From Mobula hypostoma (taxonomy: Eukaryota): 64,000 bases of DNA. The translations under genes and the position numbers were made by a program. Every line of letters starts with the position of its first letter. Position 1 is the stretch's first letter. Below, piece by piece: positions 51,592 through 64,000 of the stretch. The stretch covers positions 35,714,001 to 35,778,000 of the forward strand of contig NC_086108.1 of NCBI RefSeq assembly GCF_963921235.1, read 5' to 3'. The notes beneath the pieces are model-generated. The model made no database searches. It saw nothing but the letters and a program-made list of their open reading frames with translations, and was not told the DNA's origin.

Positions 51592-51663
51592 CAGTACTGT
51601 GCAAAAGGCTGAGGCAAACACTGAATATATGGCTAGTCTGCCTAAGACTTTTGCACAGTACTG
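51592..51663. mobile_element. 72-bp Tc1/mariner-type MITE
   Basis: 25-bp TIRs cagtactgtgcaaaagKctKaggca with 2 mismatches; TA on both sides (51590-51591, 51664-51665). Confidence 0.85.
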
Positions 51664-53281
51664 TATGCGTTAACGTGGAGCAGAGAACCAGTTTGTAATT
51701 CTGGTGGGAGTGAAGGATGTTGGAATGGCAAGGGTGGGGTGCCTTGGGACAGGTGGCAGATAGGGAGTGTCAAGGCAGGGATGTTCAGTGTGCAGACACA
51801 CCCAATCCTGAGTCACCAGGCAAGGTCATTTGATTCCAAACAACTGGTTTATTGATCTTTACAGAATGTCTAAGAAGAGCTACCTTTCAGTCAGGTCCAC
51901 ATTCAAGATTTAAAAGCAGAACTTAGCGCCAGTTTTCTCCGCGTTAGACAATCCACACCAGGGCTGCGTAAAAGGAGCTACCTTTCAATCAGGAGGATGA
52001 TCGAGATTTCAAAGGCTGAATTTCAGCACAGTTTCTGAGTTGAGGAGCGACCAATCAGCAAGAGTGATTTATTAGAAAGGGCCAATAAGAATAACTCAAG
52101 TGCAAGTGGAGTGGCCACTGTTTTGGGGTGTGCCGGTGTTTAGAGTGGCTTTGGCCAATCAGGTTTGGGTGAGGCACATTGTCTTGTAAGCTACTCTCTC
52201 TCACTCCGTCCTTATTTGTTCATTCCACATCTGTTAGGGCAAAGTAGGTTCGTTGGAATGCCTCCAGGGGCAGTGTGAGATGTGGGAAGTCTGGGACACC
52301 TCCAGTCTCCCACATAAAAACATCTGCGCCAGGTGCAACGAGCTGCAGCTCCTGACAGAACGTATTAAGGAACTGGGGATTCAACTCGATGACCTTTGAC
52401 TCAGACAGGAGAATGAGGAGGTGATAGGTAGGAGCTACAGGGAAGTAATCATCCCTAGGTTGCAGGAGACAGGTAACTGGATGACTCAGGAGAAGATGCG
52501 GAAATGCACGCCAATTCAGAGTACACCTGTGGCCATTCCCCTCAGTAATAAGTATACATTTTAGATACTATTGAGGGGGAACAACCTATCAATAGGGGGC
52601 CACAGTAACAGGGTCTCTGGCACTGAGTCTGGTGCTGTGGCTGAGAAGACCAGAGAGGAGAAGAAGACTGCAGTGTTGATAGGAGATTCCTTAGTCAGAG
52701 GAACTGAGATGAGGTTCTGGGGGCACAATAGAGACATCCAGATGGTATTTTGCCTCCTGCTGCCAGGATCAGGGATGGCTCATATCAGATCCGTGGCATT
52801 CTCAAGGACGAGGGTGAGCAGCCGGAAGTCCTGGTGTATATTGGCACCAATGACATAGGTAGACAAGGTGAGGAGGTCCTTTTATGGAGTTAGGTAGAAA
52901 GCTGAGGGACAGGATCTCCAGGGTGGTCAGCTCTGGATTGCTGGCTGTGGCACTTGCCAGTGAGGGTAAGAACAGAATAATTTAGCAGGTGAATACGTGG
53001 CTGAGGAACTGGTGCAGAGGGCAGGGGTTCAGATGTGTGGAACATTGGGATTTTTCCTGGGGAAAGTATGATCGGTACTAAAGGGACGGTTACACCTGAA
53101 CCCAAGCGGGTCCAATATCCTTGTAGGTAGGTTGGCTAGAGTTGTTCGGGTGGGTTTAAATTAATTTCGCAGTGGGACAGGAACTGGAGTGACAGTGCTG
53201 AAGATGAGATATTGGGTTTACAAACAGAGACAATGTGTAGAGAGACTTCTAGCAAGGAGAGGCTGATGATAGGGCAAACTT

Positions 53282-53562
53282 GTTGTTCGTCCTTCGTAGC
53301 CGAAGATGACCATGGCTTCAAAGTCAAATGGGAGATTGGTGGCTGTGGGTCCGGAGGTGACTGATGAGGCCAATCCGGGCCCTGAAGGCTCGCCCACATG
53401 TGGGACACAAGTGGGTGGGTGCTGTCGTGGCAGTGGATGCTGCTCGGGCCTTGCGCACAGCACACTTTCGTTGCGCCTCGATGATGCGCCTGACTTCAGC
53501 TGCACAGGCTCCTGTGGTGATCTTGCTGCGCCAAGCTGGACGGTCGAGGGCAAGCGTCTCCC
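53282..53562 (-). mobile_element. RTE (BovB-like) 3' fragment nested in CR1
   Basis: WETLALDRPAWR...CPTCGRAFRARIGLISHLRTH C-terminal zinc finger; (CAA)n tail; aactt duplicated at 53277-53281 and 53563-53567. Confidence 0.88.
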
Positions 53563-54058
53563 AACTTACAGTCAACAGGATAAGCTGCAACATAAAAGGA
53601 GGACAAAATCAAAAAGGGCGATTACAGGACTGAAGGTGTTATATTTGAATGCATGCTGGATGTGGAATAAGGTATATGAACTTTTCACATAGTTACATAT
53701 TATTTAAGTATGATATTGTAGGCATCGCTGAATCAGGGCTAAAAGAAGATTATGGCTGGGAGCTCAATGTCCAAAGATGTACATGTCTAAGAACGGGCAG
53801 GAAGGCAGAGGGGATGGCATTACTCTGTTAGTAAAAAATGAAATAAAATTATTAGAAAGAGGTGATATAGGGTTGGCAGGTGTTGAATCATTGTGGATAG
53901 TGCTACAGAACTGCAAGGGTAAAAAGACCCTGACGGGAGTTATATATTGACCCCCAAACATTTGTAAGGATAGGGTCTACAAATTACAATGGGAGATAGA
54001 AAATGCATGCCAAAAGGTCAATGTTACAGTAGTCATGGGGGATTTCAATAGGCAAGTA

Positions 54059-54502
54059 AAACATAGAACATAGAAATCTACAGCACATTACAGGCCCTTC
54101 AGCCCACAACGTCGTGCCGACCATGTAACCTACTTTACAGACTGCCAAAAATTTTCCTAGCGCATAGCTTTCTATTTTTCTAAGCTCCATGTACCTACCT
54201 AAGAGGCTCTTAAAAGACCCTACACCAGGCACCCACCACTCTCTGTGTGAAAAACTTCCCCCTGACAGCCCCTTTGTACCTACATCCAAGCACCTTAAAA
54301 ACTCTGCCCCTTCGTGTTAGCCATTTCAGCCCTGCGAAAAAGCCTCTGACTATCCACATGATCAATGCCTCTCATCATCTTAAACACCTCTATCAGGTCA
54401 CTTCCCATCCTCTGTCACTCCAAGGAGAAAAGGCCAAGTACACTCAACCTATTCTCATAAAGTATGCCCTCCAATACAGGCAACATCCTTGTAAATCTTT
54501 GT
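54059..54502 (-). mobile_element. CR1 3' fragment nested in CR1
   Basis: Tail aacatagaacatagaaa; 3' UTR matches that of 16690-16830; aagta duplicated at the flanks. Confidence 0.85.
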
Positions 54503-55279
54503 AAGTAGATTGGGAAAATCAGGTTGGTGCTGGATTCCAAGAGGGGGAGTTTCTAGAATGCCTACAAGATGGCATTTTAGAGCAGCTTGTGGTTGAGCCC
54601 TCTAGGGGATCAGCTATTCTGGACTGGGTGATGTGCAATGAACCAGAATTGATAAGAGAGGTTAAGGTAAAAGAACCGAATTCACCCTGAAATTTGAGAA
54701 GGAGAAGCTAAAGTCAGATGTATCCATGTTATAGTGGAGTAAAGGGAATCACGGAGGCACGAGAGAGGAGTTGATCTGAATTGATTGGGGCTCACTGGCA
54801 CACAAACTGTTAGGATGCAAGATAGCTTTAATGCAAGGAGGCTATAGGCAGTGCAATGACAAGGTCCTGCTGTCCCTTGTAGACTCACTGAAGCAGGAGA
54901 AATGTAAAAAGAGACAGCTGGCAGCGATAGAGGCCAAAATCCAATCTGCTGCAAACTGCCAAATCATAGGAGATGAGGGTCGATGTGAGGAGGAAGCTGC
55001 AGTTCCTGAAGGTGATGCAAACCGCACTTCAACCAGACATCGTACCCAGTTTCTTTTCTTGTGAATTGGTCTGTAGAGAGCACACACTAAGACTCAAGAG
55101 CCAGTACGTGCAAGGTAGACTCCTCAGCTGCCCTGCAACATGTGATGTGTGCCCTCACTGTAACGCATATGAACAGATGGAGTTAGGGATGAAGAGGCTA
55201 TTCCCTGGGTCTGCCTCCTGCTGTTCACTCTCCTGATGCTGATCGCAACCTCCCATCAGATCAGTGCCACCAGCCTGCA

Positions 55280-56020
55280 CCTCGGAAGGATAGGCTCTGG
55301 GACAACGACTAGGTCTGGCTGTTCAGACTGCCTGGAGAGGGCGTCTGGCTTCTGATTCTTCGAACCTGCACAGTAGGTAATGATAAAATCAAAATGTTTA
55401 AAAATGAGAGCCCACTGAGCCTGGCGCAAATTTAACTGCTTCGCCTCCGAACACCGGCCAGGTTCTTGTGGTCACTCTAGACCACAAAATGGATGTTTGA
55501 CCCCCTCCAGCCAATGTCTCCACTCCACCAGGGCTAATTTGACTACTAGCATCTCTCTATTCTCTATGTCATAATTCCTCTCCACAGGAACGAGCTGCCA
55601 AAAGAAAAAAAAGGTATGGGGAGTAGGTTTCTGGTCAGACGGAGGTCATTGTGAAAGAACAGCCCCAACCAGGTTGTATGCATTTTGGAGGTCCAGGTCA
55701 GTAAAGGTGGTTGGCCCTTAGAGCAACTCAAAAGCCATGGTCATCAGTGGAACGATGTGCATTCCAGTTCTTCTCTGTGACCTTATTGGGACCTTGATAA
55801 TCTCTACATGGTAGGAGTCCACCATCCTTTTTTGCCACGAAGAAGCTATCATCAGCAGGGGATGTGGAGAGTCAGATGAAACTAGGTGCTAGGGCATCAC
55901 AGATGTACTTCTCCCTGGCCAGCCTTTCTGGAGCTAACAGGGAGTAGAGTTTTCCTAGGGTCGACAGGGTTGCAGGCAGCAATTTAATTGCGCAGTCATA
56001 GGTGTGATGAGATGTCATCA
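55280..56020 (-). mobile_element. Gypsy/Ty3 (Sushi-like) pol relic: RT N-terminus and RNase H
   Basis: Minus strand gives [76 protein letters not shown]. Confidence 0.85.
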
Positions 56021-56079
56021 GTGATGGTTGTCATTCAGTACAGTCTTGATTGATCTTCCCCAAACCTCACCTCCTCTTC

Positions 56080-56295
56080 TGTCCTAGTTTCGCATAGCCC
56101 CCAATTCCCCAATCTTTCAAAAATGCATTCACTTCCTCTTTTAATACCTCTAGCTGTCTGTCCTTAAGACCACTCAGGATGGAGAATTCCAGAGATTTGT
56201 CTCCATCAGTGAGAAGAAATTTCTACGCATCAAGTTTTAAATGACTGCCTCCTTAAATTTGTAACTGTTCCTTTGTTCAGAGCTCTCCTACTCAT
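56080..56295 (-). mobile_element. Old CR1 3' fragment
   Basis: ggagaattccagagattt...gagaagaaatttct similar to the CR1 3' coding end. Confidence 0.5.
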
Positions 56296-57109
56296 CCCGC
56301 AACTTCTGAGAAGTTGAGGAGAACTCCTGCTCTTTCTGGCTCTACAGGAAGATTCCTCTTAATGAAAGGAAACAAATAAAATAATTCCCTTAGTTTTGGG
56401 AAGTGATAAAGCCATCCAAATTTATGGAAAAGACGAAGTATAAATGGCTTTGCACCTATCCAAGGCCACCTACAGTATGTTTCAGATGAGAATATCAATT
56501 TGTTAGATTACGCTGATTTCAGTAAAATCATAAATAATAAATGCATGTATTCATGTGGCCTCCTGTCTTGAAAGTGATGACAACTAGAGGTCACGGGTTA
56601 AAAGTATATCACGAGGAATTCCTTTGGCCCCAAGGTCTTGTTTTTCTCATTTCAACTGTTCATAAACCATTTTAAGCACACTACCTCACTTTTGGCTCAC
56701 AGCATGATGTGTTTTTTCCCGGCATGTGAACTGTAGATACCTTTAAAGCCTTGAAGAATGTACACATATTGTGGTTATTGGCTGGGTCCTGAATCTCTCA
56801 TGTCCTTGCAAATGCAAATCAATTTTCCATCCAGTTTTGCATAAGAAAATTACATAGTCATTGTAGATTTAACTCCTGCAGCAGGGAACTAAAAAAAGCA
56901 ATAATTTTTGTTTTGGCAAGTTAGTAGATATGAATAATGTCCCATAATGTTCTAAAGATATTCTATTTGGCAGGGATACATTTAAGCCTGTTTCCTTATT
57001 TTGCACGATATTCTGCACCTTTCTTCAGGTCTGGTTGTCCCAATTTAAAACCAGTGACACACATTTGAAAGGGAGCCACTGTTATAAAGTAGGAAATCCA
57101 GCAGCTAAT

Positions 57110-58020
57110 CGAGTCAAGTGAAGTTTATTGTCATTTAACTATATATAATGTACATAACCATATAATGCATAGAGAAATTAGACATTTCTTCATACCAGGG
57201 TGTAAAGCACATAACACACATAACACATGATAATTTATGTAGGTAAGGGTAAAATCTACAGATGAATCACACATAAATAACAATCTAAGGTGCATTAATA
57301 TTAAATACTGTAAGGTACGGAACACTTTGAATACGGTGCGGCCAAAAGTTCAGAAGCCTAATAGCCTGGGAGAAGAAATTGTTTCTCATCCTGACCACTC
57401 TTATTTCTATGCATCGTATTCTCCCGTCTGATGCTAGAAAGTCAAAGACGGTGCAGGGTGGATGGGTGGGATTCTTAATAATACTAAGGGCCCTGCATAT
57501 GCAGCGCTCCTGATAAATGTCCCTGATGGATCGTAGGATGACCCCTATGATCCCCCGGCTGTTCTCACAGTCCTTTGTAGAGACTTCTGGTCCGATGCAC
57601 GGCTGCTCCCATATCAGATGGAGATGCAACTTGTCAGCACACTCTCAATGGTGCTCCTGTTAAGAAGAGTTAAGTTGGGGGATTGGAGTCTTGAGCCTCC
57701 ATCTTCTTAGGAATTGGAGGTGCTGCTGTGCCTTCTTGTTCAGGGAGGTGATATTAAGGGACCAGGTGAGGTCATCTGTGATGTGAACTCCCAGGAACTT
57801 GGTGCACTTAACTCTTTCTACAGAGGAGCCATGTATTCCAGAGGGGGATGGTTTGTCTGCAACTTCCTGAAGTCCACAATGATTTCCTTTGTCTTTTCCA
57901 CATTCAAGTTGTTCTTCTCACACCAATCTACCAGCTGCTCCACTTCCTCTCTATCCTCCATCTTGCCCATCATTCTTGATAACACAGTTGGAGCCGGATC
58001 CTGCAACTCAGTCATGTGTT
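57110..58020 (-). mobile_element. Rex1/Babar 3' fragment
   Basis: REEVEQLVDWCEKNNLNVEKTKEIIVDFRK; RALSIIKNPTHP...NNFFSQAIRLLN; AATAAA and tail at about 57110-57132. Confidence 0.85.
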
Positions 58021-59077
58021 ACACAGGCTTGTACTTAATAAATGCCCCAAAGCAACTAGGTAATAATGGCTATGATACTCATTGTGGAAAAAATTGCTGG
58101 TGTGGATAATGATTTTTCTCATTATGTTTCATCTTTAACTAAAACCCACATTTGCAATGCATCTGATTTCAAGTTGTCAGAATATTCAATACAATTCAAG
58201 ATCTGCTCTCAATCTAAACATTCATAAACGTGAAACAGCACTTCCCATGTAATACTTTGTTCACAGTGACTGTGCAAAAATTCAGTTACAACTTTCTTTT
58301 GTCTCAGTAGAGCTGCAGGATAACTATTTCCATCATCATAGCCGGAATTAATTGGGACAATAGGCAATGATTATGATAAGAAATATTTGAAGCTTAGTCA
58401 GTGTTTAAATGTGGGGAATACAGCAGTCAATTTCTCTCTGCAAACTCCTATAGCCATCTTTATAAAAATGGCTAGGACATGTGGGATCACTTCATTGAAA
58501 TATTGCTGCAAACACCTTTACATATACCTTGTGGAGCACCAATAGCCTCATTTTCAGATCTACTTGGAAAGATGACAGCTCCAACAATGCGGAGAATATG
58601 TCTTGGACACACGAACTTCATAGACAACAGTGGTTCAGATCAGCCCTCACTAATTTTGGAATCTGATGAAGTAGCTCTTGGTGTGCATGCAGAATCAAAA
58701 GACAAGCTTGCATGAGCTCAGGATCATGTTTGCTAGTTGAAACTACCTATGGTCTGGCTTTAGTCCTTACACATTCAATAATCAAGCTCAACAGAAGCTT
58801 GGCGAAAATCACCGCACGTTTTGATTTCTTACTTCTTTATATTACGAACAGAACGCTGACCTCAGCAAGTTCAAACCACAATCATGATTGAATTTCAGCC
58901 ATGGCCTCCTACATATCAGCAACCACCAAGGCTTACAACTGTTTCTGATTGTGCACCCTCATTTCAATGGTGATACAGGCTTGAATTGTTCTATAACATG
59001 TGATCCTGAGTTCTGGCCCACATAGCAATGGCATCACTGAACCTGTCTATTTTTGGAGTCATACAATCGTAGATGGC

Positions 59078-59440
59078 TACTGCACAGAAACAGGTCCTTT
59101 GGCCCATCTAGTTCACGCTAAGCTGTTATTCTGCCTAGACCTATTGATCCACACCTGCACCACAGCCCTCCATACTCCTCCCATGTATGTACTGATACAA
59201 ACTTCTCTAAACATTGCCATCAACCTACACCCACTGCTTTCACTGTCAGCTCATTACACACTCACACCACCCTCTGAGTGAAGAAGATGCCCCTCAGATC
59301 CTCCTCAAATATTTCACTTTTCATCCTTAACCTATGACCTCTAGTTCTAGCCCAACCTCAGTGGTAAAAGCCTGCTTGCATCTACCCTGTCTAAACTCCT
59401 CTTAATTTTGTATACCTCCAACAAATCTCCATCTATTCTG
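59078..59440 (-). mobile_element. Old CR1 3' fragment
   Basis: acagaaacaggtcctttggccca 3' UTR; cctatgacctctagttct; ttttgtatacctc. Confidence 0.65.
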
Positions 59441-59446
59441 CAACAC

Positions 59447-59735
59447 TGGCCTCAGTAGTGTAGTAGTTAGCACAACGCTGTTTCTGCTCGGAGTGTTAGA
59501 GTTCAATTCAGCCATCATTTGTATAGGGATTCTAAGTCCTCCCTGTGGAATGCCTGCGTTTTCCCTGGGTACTCCAGTTTCCTCCCACAGTCCGAAGACT
59601 TGGTTAGTAGATTAATAGGCTATTATAAATTGTCCCGTGATTAGGCTAAGTTTAAATCAAGGGTTACTGGACAGTGTGGCTCAAAAGGGACGAAAGGGCC
59701 TATTCTGTGCTGTATCTCGCTAAATAAATAAAATC
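59447..59735 (+). mobile_element. V-SINE-type tRNA SINE
   Basis: Colinear with 22159-22451 (gttagcacaacgct, gagttcaattc, gtttcctcccacagtcc, (TAAA)n). Confidence 0.8.
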
Positions 59736-59849
59736 CTAATCTAGCCTGGCCTGCTGCGTTCCACCAGCATTTTGGGTGAGTTGCCCTTTTTGATGTTTCT
59801 CTAAAACTGGAAAGATTCCCCTAACAAAATCAAAGATTACTCAGGGATG

Positions 59850-60040
59850 CAACCCACTCCATCATGAGTAGAGCCCTCTCCACTACTGAGTACATCTACA
59901 TTGTGTGTTGTCACAGGAAAACAGCATCCATCATCAGGGACCCCACCACCCAGGTCAGGCTTTCTTCTTACTGCTGGCATCAGGAAGGTGGTACTGGAGC
60001 CTCAGGACTCACACCTGCAGGTTCAAGAACAGTTATTACC
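59850..60040 (+). mobile_element. Rex1/Babar 3' fragment
   Basis: RKTASIIRDP and SGRWYWSLRTHTCRFKNSYYP. Confidence 0.7.
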
Positions 60041-60155
60041 CAAAACATCGACCCTGTATTCCTTTCCACAGAAGCTGCCTGATCTGCTGAGTTCCTCCAG
60101 CATTTTGTGCGTGAAGCCTTGGATTTCCAGTATCTGCAGATTTTCTCATGTTTGT
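60040..60155 (+). mobile_element. PLE 3' terminus fragment
   Basis: aaacatcgac...ctgctgagttcctccagcattttgtg...gatttccagtatctgcagatttt. Confidence 0.7.
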
Positions 60156-60934
60156 ATTTCTACTCTGTTTCCTGGAATCTTCAAGAATTGAATATCACTC
60201 TTTTGAACACTGCTGTGGCTCATTCAGGAGAAAATTCATCAGAACACTAAAGAAATTGAATTCAATGTTTCCTTTGTATTAACCTCGGTTGGAATTAGGT
60301 ATAAAGCTACCAGAAATGAGATGAAACATCATATGGATCAAAAAGAATATACCGGAATCAGAGGAGGAAGGTATAGTGATAGGAGACTTGATAGTGAAAG
60401 GGACAGATAGGAGATTCTGTGGCCACAGGAAATAAAACAGTTTAGCAATCTGTATTTGATTCTGTGTCTCAAGAGTGGTTTATGCACGTGAAGTACCCCC
60501 ACGCTACATGTGATTTATCCACATCAAGTTACATAGAGGATCCTATCCACATTACTCCAATGGATTACATGTCAGGGATTGGATTCCATTCCTGAATAAC
60601 CATGAAATTAACAGCACTGCAGAGTTGAAGAGTATTTTAGATCAAGTATCATTCAGAGGGTCTGCCCACACTCTCATGTGGACTCCACGACATTATTTCC
60701 AAGAAAAACAAGCATATTTTCAGTGATATCTTGACCAATATCGCTCAATCCTCACTCTACATCATAAAGAAGGATTATTTGTCTATTGTAGTTTTTTTGG
60801 CACGTCTGCAAATTGACTGCTATATATCCCATATTACAATAATGCCTGTGATTCCGAAGGACCTGCTGGTCCTTAATGAGCTTTACAACATTCTGGGACT
60901 ATGCATAGCAGAGTATAAATGTCAATCATTCGTA

Positions 60935-61870
60935 GTGTCATAGAGAGTTGTACAGTATAGAAACAGCCCAGCTCATCCATGCCAACCAAGTTGTCTATTT
61001 CAGCTCGTCCACTTTCTCTATGTTTGCCTCATGTCTCTCTAAACCTTTCCTATCTGTGTACTATGTCCTATTATCTATTAAACAGTATAATTGCTCACCT
61101 CTATCACCTCCTCACCAACAAGCCTTTGTGTGAAAAAGTTGCCCCTTAGATCCCTTTTAAATCTGTTCCACCTCACCTGATAGCAATGCCCCCCAGTTTT
61201 GACTCCCCTCACTGGGGTAAAAATAAACTGTAACCATCCACCATATCTATGGCCTTCATAATTTTATAAGACTCTATAAGGTCTCTCTCAGCGTCCTATG
61301 CTCCAGAGGGTAAATCTCCCAACCTAACCAGTTTCCCTTTATAGTTCAACCCCTCAAGTCCTGGTACAATTCTTGTGAATCCTTTCTGCACCTTGTTCAG
61401 CTTAATGACATCCCTGTCCTACCCAGGAAACCAGAACTGTATAAAGTATTCCAGCTATAACATAACATCCCAAATCTTGTGCTCAGAACCCTAACAGATG
61501 AAGGCAAGCACGCCAATGGCCTTCTTCATCATCTAGTAATCTGGCTCACATTATTTAACACTGTTTTCCAGGGTGCTCCCAGATACTGAGTAAGTCCATA
61601 CTTACCAAAGGGCATTGCCTCACACTTACCCAAGTTAAATTCCATTTGCCATTCTCTGGCCCACTTCGCACATTGGTCAAGATCCCCTAGTAAACTTACA
61701 TAACCCTCTTTACTCTGTCCTATACCACCAATGTTGCTGCCACCCACGAACTAACATTGTCATCCAAATCATTAATAGAAATTACAAATGGACAATTCTG
61801 CATTGTTCAGCTGTCACTCACAGGCCTCCAAAACAATTCTCCATAACTAACCTCTGCTTCTTTCCACCTT
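60935..61870 (-). mobile_element. Old CR1 RT/3' fragment
   Basis: DLD..AKWAREWQMEFNLGKCE; 3' UTR near 60950-60990. Confidence 0.75.
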
Positions 61871-62599
61871 TCCTATTCTGTCAAGAAAGAATAGAGACAG
61901 ACTTGAAACTGGCATCCAATGTATAGAGGTGGTGATTACAGTAGGTGTCATTTGAATTTAGATTATCTGGGGATTGGGATTGGACTGAAGAGCTAAATTT
62001 GCGTGTGTTGGCAGTGCAGTGTGAAGGCTTAGAGCCGGTGCTTTTCATTAGTGCTAGTTATCTTGCACATTTGTTTCTTTACCTGGTCATGGTGACCAAA
62101 TCTTATACAAATCCTCTATTACGGAGGATTATGTGCATCATATTAATAAACCAGATGTCATCATCCAGAAAAGCAATATATTCGTTTTGTTGTGACAACA
62201 GATGGGGCTCCCTATCATCAGCTATAAGGAAACACATTGTCAGGGTTCCCCCAGTAACATGTGAAGGTTTGCATAGACTTGCCTTTGCTTACTATCTCCT
62301 CCTTATTGACCCATGCCTAACCACTCCACAATCCATTGTTGCCCCTCATCCCATCCCACTACAATCTGACCTGACAATTTTTTGGACACTTCCATCTGAT
62401 CCCGCAATCTGTTCCACCTCAGCGTCTGTGTGAACATCACAATATCTAGCACCCTCCCAATGGTGGAGCCCTCCTTGGAGATACTTTTGTCAACACCAGA
62501 CACAGGTCCAAGACCTCCTGTTCTCCTGTTTTAATCTGCTATAGCATGCAATCAAGGAATTATTTGTAATATCATCGCAGCCTAATTATTTACTTATTT

Positions 62600-62775
62600 G
62601 CCACACAGAACAAGTCCAACGAGCCACACCTCTCAGAAAACCACCAATTTAAACCCAATCTGAGCATGGAACAATTTACAATGACTAATTAACGACTAAC
62701 TGGTCTGTCTTAATTTTGTGGAAGGAAATAGGAGGACCCAGAGGAAACCCCCCTGCTCACAGGAAGTACACACAA
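62600..62775 (-). mobile_element. Old V-SINE-like fragment
   Basis: Reverse complement gggtttcctctgggtcctcctatttccttccaca. Confidence 0.45.
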
Positions 62776-62779
62776 ACAG

Positions 62780-64000
62780 TCTGGCCTTGTGGCTCAGAAG
62801 GGTTGGGAAAGGAAGAAGGCAGCAGTAATAATGTACTCTATAGTTAGGGGGGCCTGATGAGCGATTCTGTGGACGCAGGAAAGAAACACAGATAGTAGCT
62901 TGCCTCCCAGGTGCCAGGGTCCGGGATGTTCTAATCGCGTCCGCAATATTCTGAAGTGGGAAGGTGAACAGCCAGAGTTCATGATACATATTGGTACCAA
63001 CGACATAGGTAGGAAAAGGGAGGAGGTCCTGAAAGCAGACTACAGGGAGTTAGGAAGGAAGATGAGAAGCCGGGCCTCAAAGGTAGTAATTTTAGGATTA
63101 CTGCATGTACCATGTGACAGTGAGTATAGGAACAGAGTGAGGTCAGGATTAATGGATGGCTGAGGGATTGGAGCAGGGGACAGGGATTCAGATTTCTGGG
63201 TCATTGGGACCTCTTTGGGGCAGGTGTGACCTGTACAAAAAGGATGGGTTGCTCTTGAATCCGAAGGGGACCAATATCCTAGCAGGGAGGTTTGCTAAGG
63301 CTATTGGGGAGAATTTAAACTAGAATTGCTGGGGAATGGGAACCAAACTGAAAAGATGGAGGAAAGGGCTGTTGGCTCACAAATAGAGAAAGCTTGGAGA
63401 CAGTGTGAGAGGGAGGATAGGCAGATGATAGAGAAGGCTGTGCTCAGACCGAAGGTTTGAGATGCATCTATTTTAACGCAAGGAGTGTGGAGAACAAAGC
63501 GGATGAGCTTAGAGCGTGGATCAGCACCTGGAGCTGTGATGTTGTGGCCATTACAGAGACTTGGATGGTGCAGGGGCAGGAATGGCTACTTCAAGTGCCA
63601 GGCTTTTGATGTTTCAGAAAGGACAGGGAGGGAGGCAAAAGAGGCAGGGCACTGTTGATCAGAGATAGTGTCACGGCTGCAGAAAAGTAGGAAGTCATGG
63701 AGGGGTTGTCTATGAAGTTTCTGCGGGTGGAATTTAGGAATAGGAAGGAGTCAATAACTCTACAGGGTGTTTTTTATAGACCACCCAATAGAAACAGGGA
63801 CATCGAGGAGCAGATAGGGAGACAGATTCTGGAAAGGAGTAATAATAACAGGGTTGCTGTGGTGGGAGATTTTAATTTCCCAAATATTGATTGGAATTTC
63901 CCTAGAGTGAGGGGTTTAGAAGGGGTGGAGTTTGTTAGGTGTGTTCAGGAAGGTTTCTTGAAGATGTAGATAAGCCTACAAGAGGAGAGGCTGTACCTGA
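62780..64000 (+). mobile_element. CR1 ORF1 esterase and ORF2 endonuclease, running off the window
   Basis: CLPGARVRDV, HIGTNDIG; VAITETW, GVFYRPPN, VVGDFNFPNIDW. Confidence 0.88.

Larger units (their letters stand above)
52050..54790 (+). mobile_element. CR1 5' portion: decayed ORF1 (zinc finger/coiled coil plus SGNH esterase) and ORF2 endonuclease; two nested insertions
   Basis: AVLIGDSLVRG and IGTNDIG esterase blocks; LKVLYLNA, YDIVGIAE and VMGDFN endonuclease blocks. Confidence 0.85.

Overview
Vertebrate genomic DNA, most likely a cartilaginous fish (shark or ray). This is inferred from the repeat mix: CR1 LINEs dominant, plus Rex1/Babar, V-SINEs, RTE and Penelope-like elements. I could not identify any host protein-coding exon, tRNA or rRNA gene. 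The window reads as intergenic or intronic DNA, about half of it nested retrotransposon debris, so nearly all ORFs in the supplied track are TE fragments, antisense shadows or noise. It contains many CR1 copies (two with the SGNH-esterase ORF1), Rex1/Babar fragments, a near full-length decayed RTE, an L1 fragment, a Gypsy pol relic, a clean solo LTR, tRNA-derived SINEs, a Tc1/mariner MITE and a two-copy non-autonomous retroposon. The most interesting system is a set of Penelope-like elements (PLEs, GIY-YIG endonuclease). Their 3' regions carry minimal hammerhead-ribozyme motifs (CUGANGA-stem II-GAAA-CGUC) at about 10 sites. One copy forms a 1.45-kb near-perfect palindrome with a target-site duplication, and two collapsed mini-palindromes share its arm asymmetry. 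Hammerheads in PLEs are an established phenomenon; whether these particular families are described cannot be checked here. Repeat-poor, homeodomain-motif-rich stretches (about 19.4-19.8 kb and 32.6-33.2 kb) are candidate conserved enhancers. Boundaries of old elements are approximate.
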